DNA from: Nostoc punctiforme PCC 73102 | Lineage (GTDB): Bacteria > Cyanobacteriota > Cyanobacteriia > Cyanobacteriales > Nostocaceae | Direction of reading: 5' to 3' | Assembly (NCBI RefSeq): GCF_000020025.1 | Contig: NC_010630.1 | Coordinates: 91,029 to 123,028 of the forward strand | DNA: 32,000 nucleotides | Part shown: positions 26,409 through 32,000 of the stretch, one piece after another | Layout: each line of letters opens with the position of its first letter | How positions within the stretch are numbered: the stretch's first letter is position 1 | Notes under the pieces: model-generated | What the model was told of the DNA's origin: nothing | Seen by the model: the letters and a program-made list of their open reading frames with translations, nothing else | The model's database searches: none | Translations under genes and position numbers: made by a program

Positions 26409-26518
26409 CATCTGAACTGGTAAGTATAAATATTTATATCAATAAAAGACTGTTTAACTGGCGAAAGCCTAGATTTGTGGTAAGAGCTTGTTGCGGCTTT
26501 AAAAGCTTGGGGGCCAAT

Positions 26519-29128
26519 ATGTTGAGCGACCAAGAGTTTAATGATTGGTGTCGCGGCGTAAATTTACCACAAGAGGCTAGGCAATTAATTTCCCAAATCC
26601 GTGCCTCTGAACCAATTCGGCGAGTCAAAAGCAGTGGTATAAATGTCCGGGGCGACTACGCCAGTCGCAAAATGGGAAAAACTATTCAATTTGAGTCCCA
26701 TAAAATTGAATTGCCAGGTGTAGAGGAGTACGAAGAAGACGCAGATGTACTCGAATACTACGACCAAGCATATCAAATTACTCTAGAATTCCCCTCAAGC
26801 AGTGGGGAAATAATCAAAGCTTCGCATATACCAGACTTTTTCGTAATTCGGAAGCGGAGTGCAGGTTTTGAAGAGTGGAAACCAGAATCAAGATTAGAAA
26901 AATTAGCAGCTAAACAATCACAACGTTATATGCGTTCAGAAGATGGGCAGTGGTTAAACCTGCCAGCAGTTGCTTATGCAGAAAAATTAGGACTGTATTA
27001 CCGAATTCGGTTAGATACAGAAATTGATTGGATTAAATACAGAAATCGACTATTTCTCAAAGCCTATACTACTGAAGATTACCAAATTGACCCAGAAATA
27101 GCTGAAAATTTGGTGAAGTTAATTAGCTTAAATCCGGGCATAAGTTATTGGGAAATGATTCATACTCAACAGAGCAATCCTGATGACATAAATGCTTTAA
27201 TAGCTACAAAAAAAATTTACATTAATTTGAGTGCCGCACCCTTAGCAGAGCCAGAAAAAGTACAGCTTTTCCGTGACCAAGAAATCGCGGTAGCTTATGT
27301 ACAAATGATAAAATCGCAACCGAATAATGGAACGATTCTGAATATTTTAGATGTTAAACCCAATCAACTGGAACCTAAAACTCATAATCAAGTAAAAATG
27401 TCTCCAAAAGCAATGGAGCGTTTTTTGAGAGCTAGTCCTGAAGACTTGGCAGAAGCTAACCGAAGATATGAAGTAATTGAACCTTATCTTAATGACAGTT
27501 ATAGAGATAAAGAAACTGTTCCACAACGTACTATTCGCAGATGGAAGGCTAAGTTTATAGCAGCACAAAAGGCGTACAAATGTGGTTATATTGGGCTGCT
27601 AAATAACTCTAATGCTAGAGGCAATCGCTTACCCAGAATTTCTCAATCGTCTCAAGATTTCATTGACAAAATAATTGAAGAATATTATGAAACTTTTCAA
27701 CAAAGAAGCAAACTAGCTGTTTATGGAATTCTAGCAAGAGAATGGGAGAAAGCAGGTCTAACAGATAAGCTGCCTAGCTACGCTACATTTTGTTCTAGAA
27801 TTCAACATCGTTCTGGTTATAGGCAAACAAAAAAACGTAAGGGAAACAGAGCAGCTTATCAACAATCTTTATTGTATTGGGAGTTGAAATTAACCACACC
27901 ATGTCATGGCGACCGTCCATTTGAGATAGCACACATTGACCATACGCAACTGGATATTGAGTTAGTATGCTCCCGAACAGGTTATCTTCTTGGTAGACCT
28001 TGGGCAACTCTGTTAATCGATGCTTACAGCCGACGTATTCTCGCAGTTTACCTAACTTTTGACGAGCCAAGCTACCGTAGTTGCATGATGGTATTAAGAA
28101 TCTGCGTACAGCGATTTGAGAAATTACCAGAGACAATAGTTGTTGACGGTGGGACAGAATTTAGTAGTACATACTTTGAGACCTTGTTAGCGGCTTTTGA
28201 ATGTACCAAAAAGCAGCGACCAGCTGCGAAAGCCAGATTTGGTTCAATTATTGAACGTATTTTTGGAACTACAAATACAGAGTTTTTTTATAATCTTAGA
28301 GGCAACACTCAAATTACTAAGAATGTCCGCCAAGTCACGAAATCAAATAATCCCAAAAATCAAGCTGTTTGGACACTAGATCAACTCTACGAAAACTTTT
28401 GTTCATATTGTTACGAATTCTATGATTGCAGAGAACATCCAACATTAGGACAAAGCCCACGTCAAACTTTTATGTCAGGGCTAAATTCAAGTGGTTATCG
28501 CCCTCAGAAACAGATTATTTATGATGATAATTTTAAGATTTTTACCTTACCTTCTACACCTAAAGGAACTGCAAAAGTTCAACCAAGTAGAGGCGTGAAA
28601 ATTAATTATCTCTACTATTGGTCAATTGATGATTCGTTCATAAGACCAGAAATTGAAGGAACTAATGTACCTATTCGTTACGACCCTTTTGATATGGGGA
28701 CTGCTTATGCTTACGTTAAGGGACGTTGGATACGCTGTATTTCTGAACATTACAAATCCTTCCAAAATCGTTCCGAAAAAGAAGTGAACATAGCCAGCAC
28801 ACAATTACGTCGAAAAAGGCAGAAACACGCTCAAAGAATTACTCTATCTGCCCAAGAAAAAGCTACATATTTAGAAGGAACTGAAGCCCAAGAAACTTTG
28901 TTATTACAACGCTTACATGATTTAGCACAACAAGATATTTGGGTTTTAATTGAAAAAAGCTCAGTTATTGAAAGTAAATTAAGTAAACACAATTATTCAG
29001 CTAATGTTCAAGATGTAGATAAAAATATTTTGGCAGGTTCAGAAAGCATTAAAAAGCCAAAATCATCAGCAAAAAAATTAATAGATTTAACCAAAATAGA
29101 AGCTTACAATACAGAGGAGCTATGGTAA
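26519..29128 (+). CDS. tnsB: TnsA-TnsB fusion transposase of the inner element
   Basis: The ORF track starts at GTG 26477. ATG 26519 gives MLSDQEFNDWC..., which is co-linear with the outer protein's MTDDEFDHWC..., so I prefer it (869 aa). TnsA-like module: QFESHKIEL...DADVLEYYDQ...HIPDFFVIR...FEEWKPESRL (E59/D106/K121). DDE core: HIDHTQLD, LLIDAYSRRILA, VVDGGTEFSS. By eye, long identical runs are shared with the outer protein across the catalytic core. Confidence 0.88.
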   Translation: MLSDQEFNDWCRGVNLPQEARQLISQIRASEPIRRVKSSGINVRGDYASRKMGKTIQFESHKIELPGVEEYEEDADVLEYYDQAYQITLEFPSSSGEIIKASHIPDFFVIRKRSAGFEEWKPESRLEKLAAKQSQRYMRSEDGQWLNLPAVAYAEKLGLYYRIRLDTEIDWIKYRNRLFLKAYTTEDYQIDPEIAENLVKLISLNPGISYWEMIHTQQSNPDDINALIATKKIYINLSAAPLAEPEKVQLFRDQEIAVAYVQMIKSQPNNGTILNILDVKPNQLEPKTHNQVKMSPKAMERFLRASPEDLAEANRRYEVIEPYLNDSYRDKETVPQRTIRRWKAKFIAAQKAYKCGYIGLLNNSNARGNRLPRISQSSQDFIDKIIEEYYETFQQRSKLAVYGILAREWEKAGLTDKLPSYATFCSRIQHRSGYRQTKKRKGNRAAYQQSLLYWELKLTTPCHGDRPFEIAHIDHTQLDIELVCSRTGYLLGRPWATLLIDAYSRRILAVYLTFDEPSYRSCMMVLRICVQRFEKLPETIVVDGGTEFSSTYFETLLAAFECTKKQRPAAKARFGSIIERIFGTTNTEFFYNLRGNTQITKNVRQVTKSNNPKNQAVWTLDQLYENFCSYCYEFYDCREHPTLGQSPRQTFMSGLNSSGYRPQKQIIYDDNFKIFTLPSTPKGTAKVQPSRGVKINYLYYWSIDDSFIRPEIEGTNVPIRYDPFDMGTAYAYVKGRWIRCISEHYKSFQNRSEKEVNIASTQLRRKRQKHAQRITLSAQEKATYLEGTEAQETLLLQRLHDLAQQDIWVLIEKSSVIESKLSKHNYSANVQDVDKNILAGSESIKKPKSSAKKLIDLTKIEAYNTEELW

Positions 29129-30261
29129 AAATTCAGTCGCACTCTTTTCCAGAAGAACTTCTCTTACAGCCGAACGAAATTAAAACTGATTATTTCAAAA
29201 GTATCACTATTCCACATCAAAGGCTCAAACAAGCCTTAGATACTTTATTAATTAATATTCTGGAGCCAGCTGACACTTTAGTATTTTTAGTTTTTGGTGT
29301 GACTGGTGTAGGAAAAACAACCTTACGCTTGCGTCTGGAAAATCTGCTAAATTACGAATTTCTCCCCTCATTACGCCAAAATCCTGGTCAAATTGCTGTT
29401 GCTGGTATTGAAGCTATTCCAACAGAACAAGGAAAGTTTAGCTATAAAGATTATTACACTCGCGCCCTAGAATCCCTTCAGGAAGTTTTGATTGAATACA
29501 AAATTGATTATGAAATTCCTCACGGTGAGGTAAAGGATTTGGGGTTGCTAAATCGGGCTTACCGCCAAGATTCGCCCGCATTACGCCGAGCAATGGAAAA
29601 AGCATTTCGTTATCGTCAGGTAAAAGCTTTTACTGTAGACGAGGCACAGCATTTATTTATGATGGCAGGCGGACACCAGATGTTACAGCAAATGAACTGG
29701 ATTAAGTCTATTGCTAATCTTACTGGTACAGTACATATTTTATTTGGAACTTATGAACTGCTTAACTGTCCTACCTTGAATGGGCAAATAGGGCGGCGTA
29801 GCGAAGATATTCACCTGTTACCTTACCAAGCTGATAACCCAGAAGATATTGCTGAATTTATTAGAGTAATTAGAACTTTTCAACGCCACATTCCGCTTGT
29901 ACAAGAACCAAAATTAGAACAACACTATGAGTATCTTTTTTCTGGCTCAGTTGGTTGTGTGGGGCTATTGAAGAATTGGTTAACTCGTTCTTTGAGAGTT
30001 GCCTATTCTGAAGAAGCTCGGACTCTTAATAGCAAACATCTTAAATTAGGTGCTTTTTCTGCATCTCGTATCAACAAAATTAAGGAAGAAGCACAACAGG
30101 GATTTAAACGCTTTCAAGAAGAATCCAGTTTTTTTGAGCGGCAATATTCAACAGAACATGGAATAAAAATGCCAGCCAAAAATTCCCTACTCAAAAAAGG
30201 TCGTGTTGGACAAAGAAAACCTAAAAGAGATGATGTAGGGGTAAATTCAGATGATGACTAA
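29122..30261 (+). CDS. tnsC: TnsC/TniB-like AAA+ ATPase
   Basis: 379-aa ORF. Walker A is VFGVTGVGKTT and Walker B is FTVDEAQHL. There is an ATGGTAA overlap with the tnsAB stop. The C-terminal motif RVGQRKPKRDDVG is shared with the outer TnsC. Confidence 0.9.
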   Translation: MVKIQSHSFPEELLLQPNEIKTDYFKSITIPHQRLKQALDTLLINILEPADTLVFLVFGVTGVGKTTLRLRLENLLNYEFLPSLRQNPGQIAVAGIEAIPTEQGKFSYKDYYTRALESLQEVLIEYKIDYEIPHGEVKDLGLLNRAYRQDSPALRRAMEKAFRYRQVKAFTVDEAQHLFMMAGGHQMLQQMNWIKSIANLTGTVHILFGTYELLNCPTLNGQIGRRSEDIHLLPYQADNPEDIAEFIRVIRTFQRHIPLVQEPKLEQHYEYLFSGSVGCVGLLKNWLTRSLRVAYSEEARTLNSKHLKLGAFSASRINKIKEEAQQGFKRFQEESSFFERQYSTEHGIKMPAKNSLLKKGRVGQRKPKRDDVGVNSDDD

Positions 30262-31837
30262 CATGGCGGTTAACGATGAATTGTGGCTCAAAGACCCAGA
30301 ATTTACTCCCAGTCCTAGCCGGTTGTTTCATCTGGAACCGATTGGACTTGGTACTTGTTATGTTGAAAGTCTGACTAGCTATGTTGCTCGTCTAGCCGCA
30401 GCTCATAGCGTATTGCCTGGAACTTTATTGGCTAGAGAGATAAAACCAATAGTTGGGCATAACCATACTACCAATCCCTTGAATTCTAAAAGTATCGTAA
30501 GTTTGTATGGACAAGCTTCTGTAAAAGCTTTAAACGGAACACAAATTGGAGCTAAACAACTGGTTTTTGCTCTAGAAATATTGACAAAACGTACTGACTT
30601 ACAGTTTTTGACAATGCTACCTTGGGCAAAAGTCTTCCCAGTTTTGGGATTGCTCAAGCATTCTCATGCTTGGTGTCCTTATTGCTATCAAGACTGGTTA
30701 AATAATCAACAAGTCATTTATTCACCTCTGCTGTGGGCTTTGAAACCAGCTAACATTTGTCCCATCCATTATCGATTTTTAGAATCAAAATGTCCTCACT
30801 GTGACCTTGAATTTTTACACCTGTGGCATAACTCACGACCTGGATTTTGTCTGAAATGTGGTGGTTGGTTGGGGATGAACTATGAAGTATCTTTGCCAGA
30901 TAAGAGATTGTTCGAGGAGATACCCAATTTACAGCAAGAGATTTGGATAGTTAAGACTTTAGGAGATTTAATTGCTCAAGCTCCTGAATTTCCTTGTCCA
31001 CCTCCAAGAGAGACTATTAAAACAATCCTAGAAGCTTACGTCTATCAATATACTCAAGGTAATGTTTCCGCTTTTGGTCGTTGGCTTGGGTTATCGAGAT
31101 ATGAAATTCTACATTGGTATTCAGGTGTAGCCATCCCAAATTTAGATAAACTTTTGAAAATCTGCTACGCCTTATCAACTAATCTTGTCGATTTTCTTCA
31201 ACTTAAAATACTACCTCTTACTCTTAAGCAGCTAGTTTCTCTACCTGCTCCTAAACAGAAAAAATTATCATCACAGTCTGCTTTAGTTACTTCAAATAGT
31301 AGTCCTAAGTGCGAACGAGTTATTCAGGCGATGCAACTAGCTCAAGAAGAAGAACCACCTCCTTCTTTAACTCAATTAGCTGTTCGTTTAGGATTCAAAA
31401 CTCCTAGTAGTTTAACTGCTTGCTCAAAATCTTTATCAGCATCTTTGGCTACTAGATATAGTGAATATCAACAGCAGCTAAGATTTTTACACATCAGAGA
31501 CATACTTGAATTAGCTTTGTTTAGCGACGAGTATCCACCACCTTCTCTAAGAAAAATAGCTAAGAGAACTGGTATTGGTTTGGCTACTTTCTACCACTAT
31601 TGCCCTATTGTGTGCCATGCTATTTCTTTACGCTATAAAGATTACCGCAAATTCGTCCATAAACTAGCTATTGAGCAAGGCTGTCGAGAAGTACGCCAAC
31701 TCGCTTCAGTACTTCATGCACAAGGCATTACCCCTACTGCTAAAAATCTCAGAAAATTTATGCCTCATCCCTCTTTGCTGTGGCAGGCTGAGGTAATTGA
31801 TGTTTTAAGGCAGATAAGACTGGATCTTTCACAGTAA
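30251..31837 (+). CDS. tniQ: Large TniQ/TnsD-like target-selector protein
   Basis: 528-aa ORF overlapping the tnsC end by 11 nt. TniQ-type N-terminus: LFHLEPIGLGTCYVESLTSYVARLAAAHSV. Cys-rich zinc module: WCPYCYQDW...CPIHYRFL...CPHCDLEF...CLKCGGW. C-terminal HTH-like segments include an internal repeat: PPPSLTQLAVRLGF and PPPSLRKIAKRTGI. Confidence 0.85.
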   Translation: MMTNMAVNDELWLKDPEFTPSPSRLFHLEPIGLGTCYVESLTSYVARLAAAHSVLPGTLLAREIKPIVGHNHTTNPLNSKSIVSLYGQASVKALNGTQIGAKQLVFALEILTKRTDLQFLTMLPWAKVFPVLGLLKHSHAWCPYCYQDWLNNQQVIYSPLLWALKPANICPIHYRFLESKCPHCDLEFLHLWHNSRPGFCLKCGGWLGMNYEVSLPDKRLFEEIPNLQQEIWIVKTLGDLIAQAPEFPCPPPRETIKTILEAYVYQYTQGNVSAFGRWLGLSRYEILHWYSGVAIPNLDKLLKICYALSTNLVDFLQLKILPLTLKQLVSLPAPKQKKLSSQSALVTSNSSPKCERVIQAMQLAQEEEPPPSLTQLAVRLGFKTPSSLTACSKSLSASLATRYSEYQQQLRFLHIRDILELALFSDEYPPPSLRKIAKRTGIGLATFYHYCPIVCHAISLRYKDYRKFVHKLAIEQGCREVRQLASVLHAQGITPTAKNLRKFMPHPSLLWQAEVIDVLRQIRLDLSQ

Positions 31838-31871
31838 ATCTTATTTATTCGCCTTTCTCTAAGGTTTTACT

Positions 31872-31922
31872 ACTGCGGCCACTTTATGCTTTAAAAACGG
31901 CCACAATATCCTTTAAGTGACA
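31872..31922 (-). repeat. Inner element terminal IR, tniQ-proximal (left-end type)
   Basis: Its reverse complement equals 26358-26408 except for one base. Confidence 0.9.
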
Positions 31923-31934
31923 ACTCTTCTCGAT

Positions 31935-31975
31935 TTATGATTCAAAATTTTTCCCACATTATGATTCAAAGCACA
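31935..31975 (-). repeat. Terminal 41 bp of the outer element's right end, now separated from the rest of that end by the nested element
   Basis: TTATGATTCAAA occurs at 31935-31946 and 31959-31970 (24-bp period). It ends ...GCACA at 31975, the inverted counterpart of 19059-19076. Confidence 0.85.
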
Positions 31976-31980
31976 TTTCT

Positions 31981-32000
31981 TTATGGCTAAAAGACCATAA
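31981..32000 (+). pseudogene. Continuation of the transposase fragment interrupted at 19058
   Basis: After the TTTCT duplication the frame continues TTA TGG CTA AAA GAC CAT (LWLKDH) with no stop up to the window edge. Confidence 0.5.

Larger units (their letters stand above)
26358..31922 (+). mobile_element. Inner, cargo-less Tn7-like transposon (5,565 bp: tnsA-tnsB fusion, tnsC, tniQ) nested in the right end of the outer element
   Basis: The 51-bp terminal IR has one mismatch: 26358-26408 (TGTCACTTAAAGGATATTGTGGCCGTTTTTAAACCATAAAGTGGCCGCAGT) against the reverse complement of 31872-31922. The mismatch is at 26391. The ends are TGT...ACA. Identical 5-bp direct repeats ACTCT lie at 26353-26357 and 31923-31927. 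Confidence 0.92.
19059..31975 (-). mobile_element. Outer Tn7-like transposon (12,917 bp): tnsA-tnsB fusion, tnsC and cargo ORFs. It carries a nested second element.
   Basis: The left terminus TGTGATTTGAATCATAA (19059-) matches the reverse complement of the right terminus ...TTATGATTCAAAGCACA (-31975) at 16/17. It is flanked by identical 5-bp direct repeats TTTCT (19054-19058 and 31976-31980). Deleting the element and one repeat restores an open reading frame across the junction. A 5-bp TSD and TGT/ACA ends are Tn7-family hallmarks. Confidence 0.88.

Noticed and set aside
26477-26518. GTG start at 26477 for the inner TnsAB, as in the ORF track
   Set aside because: ATG 26519 yields an N-terminus (MLSDQEFNDWC) co-linear with the outer homologue (MTDDEFDHWC). 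The 14 extra codons have no counterpart.
19059-31975. Possibility that either element is a CRISPR-associated transposon (cas12k or Cascade genes, tracrRNA, repeat-spacer array)
   Set aside because: No ORF has Cas-like size or motifs, and I could find no array of direct repeats with unique spacers in any intergenic region. The only repeats are the terminal and subterminal transposase-site motifs.

Overview
The window looks cyanobacterial, probably Nostocales-like. This is inferred from HIP1 octamers (GCGATCGC), AT-rich codon usage and the protein families present. It has three blocks.
(1) 1-15789, minus strand: three translationally coupled megasynthase genes of a hybrid NRPS/PKS line. The order is FAAL-ACP-Cy-A-PCP, then KS-AT-DH-KR-ACP, then docking-Cy-A-PCP-C-... 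The last gene runs off the left edge, which is why it is missing from the ORF track.
(2) 15.8-19.06 kb: insertion-sequence debris. It holds an ISL3 transposase tail, a possible 435-bp MITE-like remnant with a 19-bp hairpin, a truncated and frameshifted IS1182-type transposase, a small RHH-like ORF surrounded by a repeated TGTAATACAC motif, and a transposase fragment.
(3) 19059-31975: a 12.9-kb Tn7-like transposon with TGT...ACA termini, an imperfect terminal inverted repeat (IR) and a 5-bp target-site duplication (TSD) TTTCT. It is inserted in that transposase fragment. It encodes a TnsA-TnsB fusion, TnsC and four or five unknown cargo ORFs, but no recognisable TniQ/TnsD/TnsE or CRISPR module.
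Nested inside its right end, 48 bp from the terminus, is a second, cargo-less 5.57-kb Tn7-like element (26358-31922). This one has 51-bp IRs with 1 mismatch, a 5-bp TSD ACTCT, and a TnsA-TnsB fusion, TnsC and a large TnsD-like TniQ.
The most interesting leads are the nested architecture and end-directed insertion, the TnsA-TnsB fusions, the selector-less outer element, and its cargo (a Zn-ribbon/T5orf172-like protein plus a small Cys-His-Asp protein). All family assignments come from motif reading by eye; no database search was possible.
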